Origin: a candidate division WOR-3 bacterium
GTDB lineage: Bacteria > Hydrothermota > Tepidihabitantia > SM23-42
DNA: 62,144 bases
Assembly: GCA_020343455.1 (NCBI GenBank)
Contig: CP070795.1
Location: 1,338,756 to 1,400,899 of the forward strand
Direction: 5' to 3'
In this document: positions 28,072-36,740 of the stretch, piece after piece
Layout: every line of letters begins with the position of its first letter
How positions within the stretch are numbered: the first letter of the stretch is position 1
Position numbers and translations under genes: made by a program
Notes under the pieces: generated by a model
Told to the model about the DNA's origin: nothing
The model's database searches: none
The model's input: only the letters and a program-made list of their open reading frames with translations

Positions 28072-28088
28072 CTTTTCCTCCTTAAAAA

Positions 28089-28565
28089 CTAATCGACGGA
28101 TGCGGTGAAGCGCTGAACGGCTTCGAGTCCGACCCGTTCGCCGCTGCGAGCGAGTATCGTCGCGCTGATATAGTATGTCCGGTAACTGCCCGAAGCAGGT
28201 GTCGCACCAGGACCTACCATGGCGCGTGCGAATTTTATTGCGGTGCCGGACATCGTAATGACTTGAGCCGAGGTCCGCTCGGCAGTTACCGATGCTCTGT
28301 AGCGGCCAATACGCACCGTGTCGACAATACGAGGCGGAGCATCGAGGAAGATATTCAAACTCTCTGCCTTTGCCTTGCTGATCTCCAGCGCGGCTACGGC
28401 CGCTTCATACGTCGTTTCGTATCTTACCTGACCGCGCGTGACGCTCATGCCACGAACGACAACATAGAGGGCCAAAGATCCCACGATCAGAACGACGATC
28501 ATCGTTGCCAGCGCTACTAAGAGAGCGATACCGCTACTGTGTTTTTGGACCATTCGAATCTTCAT
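28089..28565 (-). CDS. pilX: PilX-like minor pilin
   Basis: KHSSG|IALLVALATMIVVLIVGSLALY is a hydrophobic N-terminal helix without Glu at position 5, as in PilX. The gene sits between the pilW and pilY1 homologues. Confidence 0.6.
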   Translation of the reverse strand: MKIRMVQKHSSGIALLVALATMIVVLIVGSLALYVVVRGMSVTRGQVRYETTYEAAVAALEISKAKAESLNIFLDAPPRIVDTVRIGRYRASVTAERTSAQVITMSGTAIKFARAMVGPGATPASGSYRTYYISATILARSGERVGLEAVQRFTASVD

Positions 28566-29554
28566 AGATCCTCCCCTGGCTGCAGGTTCTGCGGATAGAT
28601 GATACTGCTGAGTATCGCGCGCTTTCGACGCTTTGCATAGGCATCGAGTGCGAGAGGATACTGTGGGTTATCCTCGATCCATATTGTGTCTTCGACTTCT
28701 TCGTATCCGATGATGAGGTCAGACGCAATGACCACAGTGAATCTCACCGCCCACGTACTGCCGTAATTAGGATTGAAAAGCGGGTTATTGGTATTGTTCC
28801 AGCTGTCGATTATCCTGTCGTTATCTGTATCAATGCCGTATCTGAATTGGATCGCTTCGACATTGGTCAGGAGCGCTTCACCGCCTCTCATCAGTGTGTC
28901 ATTAGAGAGCGTGTAGGTCAGGCCGTTATTATATGTTGCCGAATTGCGTCTGAATACCATGAGCCCGGTCCTGGCAGTGATGGTAGGACCGATATACAAT
29001 CGGAGTCCGTCGATTGCTTGATTCCAGACCGGGTCATAGAATGTAAATGTATCGATTCCCGTTATGATTAGATCCTGATACACGGGTTTGCGCATTTCAT
29101 TCATGATGATGATTGTGTCGCCGATCCGAAAGTTCGCCAGCGTGTCGGTCCAGCGTCGGACCGGTAAGGTAGATCCAGCGACGTCATCGAGCAGGTAGCT
29201 CCACTGGGTTCTGTTCATCTCGAATCCAAGGCCGACGCCCTTGAGTGTGATGTCACCCCCTGCGTTCGAGAGCTGGAGCGCATCCTGCAGTTCATACGGA
29301 TAACCGAGACCGGCCAGGAGCAGGTCCCATTTGATCAACGTAAAAGCGACCTGAGCGTCGGTCTGTAGAATCGTAGTGCGCGTCACCTGGACGGACTTGG
29401 TCTGTTGAAGATTGAGTACCGAATAGACTGCACCGAGGACGACCATGAGAATGACCAGGGAGATCATAAGCTCAACGAGAGTCATACCAGATCTTTGCTC
29501 CGGCCGTAATCGCGCAAGGGCGTCATTCCTACAAATCTTAAAACGGATCTTCAT
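28562..29554 (-). CDS. pilW: PilW-like minor pilin
   Basis: The prepilin motif is G|MTLVELMISLVIL. Size and operon position match pilW. GAGGAGG Shine-Dalgarno sequence. Confidence 0.65.
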   Translation of the reverse strand: MKIRFKICRNDALARLRPEQRSGMTLVELMISLVILMVVLGAVYSVLNLQQTKSVQVTRTTILQTDAQVAFTLIKWDLLLAGLGYPYELQDALQLSNAGGDITLKGVGLGFEMNRTQWSYLLDDVAGSTLPVRRWTDTLANFRIGDTIIIMNEMRKPVYQDLIITGIDTFTFYDPVWNQAIDGLRLYIGPTITARTGLMVFRRNSATYNNGLTYTLSNDTLMRGGEALLTNVEAIQFRYGIDTDNDRIIDSWNNTNNPLFNPNYGSTWAVRFTVVIASDLIIGYEEVEDTIWIEDNPQYPLALDAYAKRRKRAILSSIIYPQNLQPGEDL

Positions 29555-29563
29555 CGTTCCTCC

Positions 29564-30022
29564 TCAATAACGCTTTATGAGATAAGAAGTGATTGGTTGC
29601 GCTGAGTGTGGCCAGGAGACGTGGATGCTGATCGTCTTGAATCGTGCATCGTATACCGTATCTATGACGCTGTCAGCGACGTTCCAGATTATCCGGAATT
29701 CGCCACGGCCGGCGATCTCGTACTGTTCGTAATCGTGGTTGATGGTGTCACCGAGGCTGTCAGATGTGAGATGGCGCAAGATCGAATCGCTTGTGGGCAG
29801 GTTCATGAGTTCCTCGTGGTAGCGGTTGAGCACATCTCGGGCATACATCCGGCGGTTCATCATGGTGCTCGTGCGGACGCCCATCACGGTCAAGTTGGCG
29901 ACCGCGAGAACACCAATGGCCAGTATGACGAGCGCTACGAGAACCTCGACAAGAGTGAAGCCACGGTGTCGCATCGGGAAATGAATGAAGCGTATCTTCT
30001 TGGGGTGGATGTTCATATTCAC
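29564..30022 (-). CDS. pilV: PilV-like minor pilin
   Basis: The prepilin motif is G|FTLVEVLVALVILAIGVLAV. GAGGAGGTG Shine-Dalgarno sequence. Confidence 0.65.
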   Translation of the reverse strand: MNMNIHPKKIRFIHFPMRHRGFTLVEVLVALVILAIGVLAVANLTVMGVRTSTMMNRRMYARDVLNRYHEELMNLPTSDSILRHLTSDSLGDTINHDYEQYEIAGRGEFRIIWNVADSVIDTVYDARFKTISIHVSWPHSAQPITSYLIKRY

Positions 30023-30027
30023 CTCCT

Positions 30028-30579
30028 CTAAGGATTCCAGGCGCCACCGGTAAACTCATAGGTGGCGATCTTTCCGAGCGTGTTGACGCCTACCGCATAA
30101 TTGTCTATGCCATCTGTTATGTAAAGAACACCACTCGTTGCACCACCCCGGCCATCAAAGAATAGTATGTCGGCCGGAAAGTCGACGCCGTCAACTGCAG
30201 GCGCGCTCGTGGTCCCTTCAGGTGGCTGGCCGGCAACACCCACGCCGCCGAAATAGACCTTCCCGCCTGCAACTTCGCTCAATTTGAAATCCTGGGTTGT
30301 GCTGTCCGGTCGGATGAGGCGATAACTGTATTGGTCCGGGAAATGGATGGCGTAAGTGCCCCCGGATGTGATGGCGCGCTCTCTGAGTGCCTTGAAATGC
30401 TGTGCAGTTTTATAGCATGCGCTCCGCGTGCGTGCCTGCCTCTGCATCCGTGTAAAATTGGGTATGGCGATCAGCGCGACGATGGCGATGATCCCTATGA
30501 CGACCATCAACTCTATCAAAGTAAAACCGTGCGTGGATGAATGTTGGTATGGCTTTTGTCTTTTCAAGATTATCTCCAT
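30028..30579 (-). CDS. GspH/FimT-like minor pilin
   Basis: The prepilin motif is G|FTLIELMVVIGIIAIVALIAIPNF. The start was set at ATG 30579 after GGAGGA. The 300-aa ORF-track extension has no support. Confidence 0.65.
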   Translation of the reverse strand: MEIILKRQKPYQHSSTHGFTLIELMVVIGIIAIVALIAIPNFTRMQRQARTRSACYKTAQHFKALRERAITSGGTYAIHFPDQYSYRLIRPDSTTQDFKLSEVAGGKVYFGGVGVAGQPPEGTTSAPAVDGVDFPADILFFDGRGGATSGVLYITDGIDNYAVGVNTLGKIATYEFTGGAWNP

Positions 30580-30607
30580 AATTCCTCCAGTCTTCAGTGA
30601 AATATAC

Positions 30608-30625
30608 ATGCAAGATCCGTTCCTG
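30608..30625 (-). promoter_or_regulatory. Candidate sigma54 (-24/-12) promoter of the minor-pilin operon
   Basis: The minus strand reads aGGaACGgatcTTGCAt. The GG-to-GC spacing equals that of the TGGCACG-N4-TTGCA consensus. The site lies about 30 nt upstream of the ATG at 30579. No sigma70 -35/-10 pair was found in 30580-30805. Confidence 0.35.
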
Positions 30626-30702
30626 GTTTCGATTTGTATAGGTTCGATATTACGGGTCTTTTCTATCGGACGAGTTCCCAGTGGCCAGTATTTTTCATTA
30701 AT

Positions 30703-30720
30703 TGGGTAAATTCTTACCCA
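30703..30720. promoter_or_regulatory. Perfect palindrome, a possible enhancer-binding or regulator site
   Basis: TGGGTAA-attc-TTACCCA lies about 90-100 nt upstream of the candidate sigma54 promoter. Confidence 0.3.
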
Positions 30721-30805
30721 TATGCTGTACCGCTGAATTTGGCGGTGACACAATATTATGTAGTAATTCTGCGACATTGTGGATATGTCACGGCCGGGTA
30801 AGCCG

Positions 30806-30833
30806 TTGACTTTGAGGAGGCGAGGCGTATAAT
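30806..30833 (+). promoter_or_regulatory. sigma70-type promoter of the histidine kinase transcript
   Basis: TTGACT (30806-30811), a 16-nt spacer and TATAAT (30828-30833). Five nt follow, then an ATG at 30839. Confidence 0.55.
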
Positions 30834-30838
30834 AGACC

Positions 30839-30913
30839 ATGTCGTTATTGCGGCCGCTGTTCTTTGATATTCCTCGCAATCCATCCAGGGCGACGGCAAG
30901 GGAGAGAGGGTGA
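30839..30913 (+). CDS. Possible leaderless 24-codon upstream ORF (MSLLRPLFFDIPRNPSRATARERG)
   Basis: The ATG lies 5 nt after the -10 box. The stop codon TGA overlaps the kinase GTG start as GTGA. Confidence 0.3.
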   Translation: MSLLRPLFFDIPRNPSRATARERG

Positions 30914-32202
30914 GATTCGGCACGTTGCATCCGCGTGACATTGGGGTTATCTCCGTTATATTCATTATTCTTATCCTCTTCGTCGCGCTCTTCAATTTAT
31001 ATATCAGCTTTCAATTCAGGAACGAATTCATTGATTACGGACGGAACAACGTCCTGTCGATCATAGGCGTTTGCCGCGGTTACATGAATGATGGTTATGA
31101 TCGACGTGAATTGAGCTCCTTATTGAGAGGCGTGAGCCAGTCCTTTGGTCTTGCCCGCGTGACCGTCAGCGATACGCTGGGTAACCGGATCTATGATTCA
31201 TGGAGGCATATCGCTGCCATTGCCGCGTTCGAGGAGACCGACCACATGGAAATCTTCGCAAGGATGCCTGCGGCCGGAGAACTCGTACAGGAAGGTAACG
31301 AATTCATTTACTTGAGCACTGAGCCACCGGCATATTTCTACGTATCGTTGAGTCCCGCGTACACGGTCGTATTCGGGAATATTTTCCGCTGGCACATATT
31401 CTATATAACCATTTCGCTACTTTTCGCAAGCTTCCTGGGTCTATTCCTGCTGCGCAATCTATTTCTGCCGATGCGTTACGTGACCAACCTTGCGCAAAGT
31501 TTTGGGATTGAGATGAAGAAAGAGGATTTTGTGTCGGCTACATTCAGTGAAGTCTACAAGAAACTGAAGCTGCGGGAGCAGATGCTTGTCGAGTTTTCTG
31601 CATACATTGCGCATGAATTCAGAAACTCTCTTGGTGCCGTGATCGGTCTTGCCCGCCTCGTCGAGAAGGGAAAGAGACCGGCGGCAGAGATAATCAAAGA
31701 ATGCCGCACTATGGAAGAATTGATTGCACGGATATTGGAATATTCGAGGCCGTTGAAACTCGATATGGGCGACGTTAGTCTGAACACCGTTTTGAATGAC
31801 GCCCTCAGCAGGATTGCCATACCGAAGAGGATACGGGTCGTGAAAAAGACGATGTCGGGTATTCCGAGTATACGGGGCGATTACGAATTACTCACCGTCG
31901 CCTTCTGCAATCTTCTGAAGAATGCGAAAGAAGCGATAAAGGGCAAAGGGCAGATAACCATCATTACCGGGGTGAAGGACGGGGCGTGTTTTCTGTCGGT
32001 CGAGGATACCGGTGTTGGCATGGACAGCAGTGAATTGGAGATGGTTTTCAATCCATTCTTTTCGAGAAAGGCCGAGGGAATGGGGTTGGGGTTGGCATAT
32101 GTAAGGAAGGTAGTTGAAGAGCATGGCGGACATGTAGAGGCAAGAGGAAAGAAAGGTAGAGGTGCGACTTTCCTGGTGGAATTCCCTTCACGTCGCCGAT
32201 GA
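30910..32202 (+). CDS. Sensor histidine kinase (two TM helices, periplasmic loop, HisKA plus HATPase_c)
   Basis: The H-box is FSAYIAHEFRNSLGAVIG. N, G1 and G2 boxes are present (NLLKNAKEA, DTGVGM, GMGLGL). No response regulator is adjacent. Confidence 0.8.
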   Translation: MRFGTLHPRDIGVISVIFIILILFVALFNLYISFQFRNEFIDYGRNNVLSIIGVCRGYMNDGYDRRELSSLLRGVSQSFGLARVTVSDTLGNRIYDSWRHIAAIAAFEETDHMEIFARMPAAGELVQEGNEFIYLSTEPPAYFYVSLSPAYTVVFGNIFRWHIFYITISLLFASFLGLFLLRNLFLPMRYVTNLAQSFGIEMKKEDFVSATFSEVYKKLKLREQMLVEFSAYIAHEFRNSLGAVIGLARLVEKGKRPAAEIIKECRTMEELIARILEYSRPLKLDMGDVSLNTVLNDALSRIAIPKRIRVVKKTMSGIPSIRGDYELLTVAFCNLLKNAKEAIKGKGQITIITGVKDGACFLSVEDTGVGMDSSELEMVFNPFFSRKAEGMGLGLAYVRKVVEEHGGHVEARGKKGRGATFLVEFPSRRR

Positions 32203-32226
32203 CGGTTTATTTCGTTCCTCTCCATC

Positions 32227-32254
32227 TTGATTTTCATCAAGAATTGAATATATT
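32227..32254 (+). promoter_or_regulatory. sigma70-type promoter of the tldD-TPR-pyr transcription unit
   Basis: TTGATT (32227-32232), a 16-nt spacer and TATATT (32249-32254). AAGGAG lies before the ATG at 32272. Confidence 0.45.
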
Positions 32255-32271
32255 AAAGCAAAGGAGTATTG

Positions 32272-33699
32272 ATGGATGAGTTTGCTCGCCGAATTGCTGA
32301 TACGCTAGGGTCGATCAGGGTAGATTACGGAGATGTAAGAATCGTTACGCGAGAATCCCAATCGATCATTCTGAAGAATGGCATAATTGAAGCGATAACG
32401 CACAATACCGATACCGGGTTCGGAGTACGCGTTCTTAAGGATTCAGGCTGGGGTTTCGCGTCATCGAGCGAGATGAAGAGAGATGTTGCTGATAGGATCA
32501 TTAAGGAAGCCCTTAACATCGCGCTCGCCTCAGCGCTTGTCAGATCGAAGGGCATCAAATTGACGGCCCTGGAGCCTCAGAACGGCAATTACAGTACCGC
32601 AGCGACGATCGATCCCTTTAGCATATCACTCGATGACAAGATCGGGTTGCTCCTGTCATGTGATCGCGTAATGCGGGGAGACAAGCGAATCAAGGTCAGC
32701 GAAGCGTCGTTGAGGTTTTTCAAAAACAAAGTGATTTTTGCATCAACCGATGGCTCTTTCATTACACAGGAATTCATCATTGCCGGCGGCATGATCAGGG
32801 TTTACGCTATGGACAAAGGGGAAATGCAGTCCAGATCATATGGCGACTATTCGCAGGGTGGTTACGAATTCATCGTTGATATGGATTTTGCCGGCAATGC
32901 AAATAGGATCGTCGACGAAGCATTGATGCTTATTCAAGCCGAGCAGTGTCCGCAGATGCAGACAACGGTCGTTATCAATGATGATCAAATGGTTCTGCAG
33001 GTGCATGAGTCGTGCGGTCATCCTGTCGAGCTCGACCGGGTGCTCGGCACCGAGGCTTCGTATGCAGGAACCAGTTTCTTGACCGTCGACAAGTATAATA
33101 ACTACCGTTATGGCTCCGATGCGGTGAACATTACGGCGGACGCGACGGTCGAGGGAGGCCTCGGGTCCTTTGGCTGGGATGACGAAGGGGTTCCTGGACA
33201 GCGCGTTCCCCTGATCGAGAATGGGATGTTCGTCGGCTATTTGAGTTCGCGCGAGACCGCTGGTATCGTCGGGACGAAATCGAGCGGCGCGATGCGCGCC
33301 GATGGCTGGAACAGGATACCTTTGATTCGGATGACGAACATCAATCTTGAGCCCGGTAATCACAAGATTGCTGACATGATTGGCGATACGGACGACGGTG
33401 TACTCATGTCGACGAACAAATCATGGTCAATAGACGATAAAAGATTGAACTTTCAGTTCGGTTGTGAATTTGCCAGAAGGATCGAAAAGGGCAAGTTGAC
33501 GAAAGTTTACAGGAATCCGACTTATGCCGGTATCACTCCACAGTTCTGGAAGAGCTGTGATGCGGTAGGCGATCGCGATTCATGGCGCATGCACGGGACA
33601 CCCAATTGTGGCAAAGGCGAGCCTGGTCAGATCATGTTTGTTGGGCACGGCACGACGCCGGCGCGGTTCCGCAATGTCCAGATCGGCATTGCCAGATGA
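32272..33699 (+). CDS. tldD: TldD/PmbA-family metalloprotease (TldD-like)
   Basis: HESCGHPVELD metal-binding motif. Length and C-terminal Gly-rich region are typical. No pmbA partner lies in the window. Confidence 0.75.
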   Translation: MDEFARRIADTLGSIRVDYGDVRIVTRESQSIILKNGIIEAITHNTDTGFGVRVLKDSGWGFASSSEMKRDVADRIIKEALNIALASALVRSKGIKLTALEPQNGNYSTAATIDPFSISLDDKIGLLLSCDRVMRGDKRIKVSEASLRFFKNKVIFASTDGSFITQEFIIAGGMIRVYAMDKGEMQSRSYGDYSQGGYEFIVDMDFAGNANRIVDEALMLIQAEQCPQMQTTVVINDDQMVLQVHESCGHPVELDRVLGTEASYAGTSFLTVDKYNNYRYGSDAVNITADATVEGGLGSFGWDDEGVPGQRVPLIENGMFVGYLSSRETAGIVGTKSSGAMRADGWNRIPLIRMTNINLEPGNHKIADMIGDTDDGVLMSTNKSWSIDDKRLNFQFGCEFARRIEKGKLTKVYRNPTYAGITPQFWKSCDAVGDRDSWRMHGTPNCGKGEPGQIMFVGHGTTPARFRNVQIGIAR

Positions 33700-33711
33700 T
33701 GCTCCGGTGGA

Positions 33712-35109
33712 GTGCGTTCATTTTATCTGTCGTTCATGATCGGTCATAGATTCAAGGGTTCACTGCAACCGGCAATGAAGCTTCTTCTTCTTGCCGGGGT
33801 TAAGTTTCCATTGATCATACTCTGTTCCGCATTCGTATCATGTGCATATTTCAATACCGTATACAACGCGAAAAATTACTACCGTCAAGGCGTGAAAACG
33901 GTGAAGCATGACACGCTGATGGTCGATTCTGAGAACTTCGATAAGACAATAGAAAAATCGACCGCGATAATCGTCAAATATCCCGATACACGCTGGGTCG
34001 ACGATGCTCTCTACATGATGGGTGCCTCTTACTATTTCAAGGGCGATTATGTGCGAAGTTTGGAGAAATTGGATTTTTTCATTGAGAACTACCCAGGCTC
34101 GGCCTTCTATCACGAGGTACAGTACCTCAGGGGGTTGGCATACTTCAAACTGAGGAGGTATGGGTCTGCGATTGCCGCACTCAGAGAGGCTGCAGGATCG
34201 AAGAAGTACAGGAAGAAATCACTGCTCGCGATGCTCTATGTCTACTACGGTGATGCAAACTACAGTAGCCTCTACGCGATCGCCGACACGTTGACGGAGC
34301 AATCGCTTCGATATGCTGAAAGACGTAACGTTCTCAGATTCACGGCAATGGCTCAATTTGAGGAGAAGCGCTACCAAGAGGCGCTTGATACGTTCATTCG
34401 TTTGCTAGCGATAACCAGAGATGAAGGCGAACGGCGAAATCTGAAATTGCGCATCGCCGAGACCTACCTGGAACTCGGTGAATATGAACTCTGCAGGAAT
34501 TTTCTGGTCGGTGAGACGGCTCCGGAGTTCAGGGACCTTCTTGGTGATCTGTATTTGAAGATCGGCAATATAGAAGGAGCAAAGGAGATCTGCTATGAGT
34601 TGGCTCAGAATGGATTCCCCGATATTGCAGCCGAGGCTTACTATGAGTTGGCCCAAATCAGTGAGGTTGAGGATAGCATTGATCTCGCTGTCGGGTACTA
34701 TGACTCTGCGCTCGTGAAGTCCCCGAATAGCGAATACGGTTTGAAGGCACGTAAGAAATCAGAAGTTCTCAAACGAATCCAGACACTGACAACTGAGACC
34801 GAAGATACGGTGCGCGCGGAATTTCTCCTTGCCGAGATCTATTTCACCGCTCTTGATGATTTGCCACGGGCTCTTCAGGGGTATGAGAAGGTCTACAGGA
34901 ATCATCCGGAGAGCAAATGGGCTCCGAAGGCGCTCTACGCGCATTTATGGATAGCAGACAAAATCTACAAAGATGATACCCTTGCGCCTAAGCTGGCACG
35001 TACTCTGATCGGTGGGTATCCGGGGACGGAGTATGCCATGAGTGCCGAGCAGATACTGGAAGCATACGATACAAAACTGCGCACCGACAGCCTGGACCAG
35101 GGTCGATGA
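33712..35109 (+). CDS. TPR-repeat protein, probably a lipoprotein
   Basis: Multiple TPR-like repeats are present. The internal segment MKLLLLAGVKFPLIILCSAFVSC looks like a lipoprotein signal, so the true start may be ATG 33778. Confidence 0.6.
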   Translation: MRSFYLSFMIGHRFKGSLQPAMKLLLLAGVKFPLIILCSAFVSCAYFNTVYNAKNYYRQGVKTVKHDTLMVDSENFDKTIEKSTAIIVKYPDTRWVDDALYMMGASYYFKGDYVRSLEKLDFFIENYPGSAFYHEVQYLRGLAYFKLRRYGSAIAALREAAGSKKYRKKSLLAMLYVYYGDANYSSLYAIADTLTEQSLRYAERRNVLRFTAMAQFEEKRYQEALDTFIRLLAITRDEGERRNLKLRIAETYLELGEYELCRNFLVGETAPEFRDLLGDLYLKIGNIEGAKEICYELAQNGFPDIAAEAYYELAQISEVEDSIDLAVGYYDSALVKSPNSEYGLKARKKSEVLKRIQTLTTETEDTVRAEFLLAEIYFTALDDLPRALQGYEKVYRNHPESKWAPKALYAHLWIADKIYKDDTLAPKLARTLIGGYPGTEYAMSAEQILEAYDTKLRTDSLDQGR

Positions 35110-35852
35110 GATCTTACAGGCTGAAGATCGTTCGAAGAACGACCCATACAGAGAACATTTTCGGTCTGGATTTCAAATACAGTGGTATCACACCTTGGCC
35201 CGGCCAATTCTTTCAGGTCCGAGTGGACGAAGGTGTCGAACTCTTTCTAAATCGTCCGATCAGCGTCGCCTCGTATAAGAGAGGTCATTTGCTCCTTGTC
35301 GTTAAGATTGTCGGTCGCGGTACAAGGACGCTCAGTATGAAGAAGGCAGGTGATTATTTGACACTGTTCGGCCCGTTCGGCCGAAGGTTCAGGCCAGCAC
35401 ACAGAAAGAGTTTGATCATTGCCGGCGGCATCGGTATCGCACCCTTACATTTCCTTGCCGAGTACATGGCTAGACGCAATATCGACTTTGACGTGCTATA
35501 CGGGGTAAGGAACAAAGATGAATTTATCTTCCGCAGCGACCTGAAGAGAATGGCGAGCAGAGTCACTTTCGTGGCCGAACGCGGATATAGAGAAAAGGAA
35601 ACCGTAGTAACCCGTATCAGGCGAATGGATCTCAATGATTTCTCGGTGGGATATGCCTGTGGTCCCAGGGAAATGCTGATGGCTCTGCAGGAATTGAAAC
35701 TTCCGATCACTACTTACGCTTTCTGTGAGGATTTCATGGGTTGTGGTTGCGGTCTGTGTTTGGGTTGCGCAATCATGCACGGGGGTGTGTACCGGAGAAT
35801 TTGCATTGACGGCCCGGTTCTCAGCCTTGGAGATATTGACTTTGAAGTGTAG
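35106..35852 (+). CDS. pyrK: Dihydroorotate dehydrogenase B electron-transfer subunit
   Basis: An FAD/NAD-binding fold is present. The C-terminal 2Fe-2S motif is CGCGLCLGC...C. The start overlaps the upstream stop codon as ATGA. Confidence 0.85.
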   Translation: MRSYRLKIVRRTTHTENIFGLDFKYSGITPWPGQFFQVRVDEGVELFLNRPISVASYKRGHLLLVVKIVGRGTRTLSMKKAGDYLTLFGPFGRRFRPAHRKSLIIAGGIGIAPLHFLAEYMARRNIDFDVLYGVRNKDEFIFRSDLKRMASRVTFVAERGYREKETVVTRIRRMDLNDFSVGYACGPREMLMALQELKLPITTYAFCEDFMGCGCGLCLGCAIMHGGVYRRICIDGPVLSLGDIDFEV

Positions 35853-36672
35853 AATCTTTGATATCGAATTCAAAAACCCTGTCTTCCTTGCGTCGGGTAC
35901 TTTCGAGTACGGTTTGATCTACAGAAATGTCACCAACAAGGCAGGGGCTATATGCACAAAGGGCATTACGGCACGACCGCGCGGCGGTAATCCTCCGCCA
36001 AGAATATTCGAGACTGCATGCGGTTTGATCAATTCGGTCGGGCTTGAAAACCCCGGAGTCGATGTTTTCTGCAAAGAGACGCTGCCAAGAATGCGGAGTT
36101 TGAAGACAAGAATATTCGTCAATGTTGCTGGATTCACGGTCGGTGAATTCGTGGAGATTGTTGGCAGCATAGGTCCACGCGTTGACGGGTTCGAATTGAA
36201 TGTGTCATGTCCGAACGTCGATATGGGTGGCGTGAGTTTCGGGCGAGACCCAGATGTCTGTGCCGAAGTCGTGGCTCGGGTGAGGGCCGTGACGGAACTT
36301 CCGTTGATTGTCAAACTGACCGCGAATTTCTGTGATCCTCTGGTCATCGCTCGGCGATGCATGGAAGCCGGTGCGGATGGTATTTCGCTCATCAATACGC
36401 TGCATGCAATGGCGTTTGATCTGCGGAAGAAAGAGGTGTTGATCCAAGGAGGTCTTTCAGGCCCGGCGATCAAACCGTTCGCGCTGTATTGTGTGCATCG
36501 GTTGAAGGAACTTGAAGTACCGATCATCGGAGTCGGCGGTATCATGTCGGGAGCGGATGCCTATGAATTTCTCCTGGCGGGTGCATCTGCGGTTGAAATC
36601 GGATCCGCCATACTCCGAGATCCGTACTCACCACTAAGAATAATTAAAGAACTGAAACGCTACACAGGTTGA
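35836..36672 (+). CDS. pyrD: Dihydroorotate dehydrogenase B catalytic subunit
   Basis: Motifs present are FKNPVFLASGTF, ELNVSCPNV (catalytic Cys) and GVGGI. The start is probably TTG 35836 or 35842, overlapping the end of pyrK. The ORF-track start at 35725 lies inside pyrK. Confidence 0.85.
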   Translation: MTLKCRIFDIEFKNPVFLASGTFEYGLIYRNVTNKAGAICTKGITARPRGGNPPPRIFETACGLINSVGLENPGVDVFCKETLPRMRSLKTRIFVNVAGFTVGEFVEIVGSIGPRVDGFELNVSCPNVDMGGVSFGRDPDVCAEVVARVRAVTELPLIVKLTANFCDPLVIARRCMEAGADGISLINTLHAMAFDLRKKEVLIQGGLSGPAIKPFALYCVHRLKELEVPIIGVGGIMSGADAYEFLLAGASAVEIGSAILRDPYSPLRIIKELKRYTG

Positions 36673-36740
36673 ATGTTCGTTCTTTTGCCGCACACCAAAG
36701 TCATTCAGCCGATAACGATTCATAAGAGGAGGTACGTTTG

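Noticed and set aside
30580-30930. The ORF-track extension of the FimT-like gene to 300 aa, and likewise the extended starts at 3735, 41600, 47370, 57496 and 15287.
   Set aside because: The extensions run through promoter elements or the neighbouring gene and lack Shine-Dalgarno sequences. In each case an internal start with GGAGG or a -10 box gives a family-typical N-terminus.
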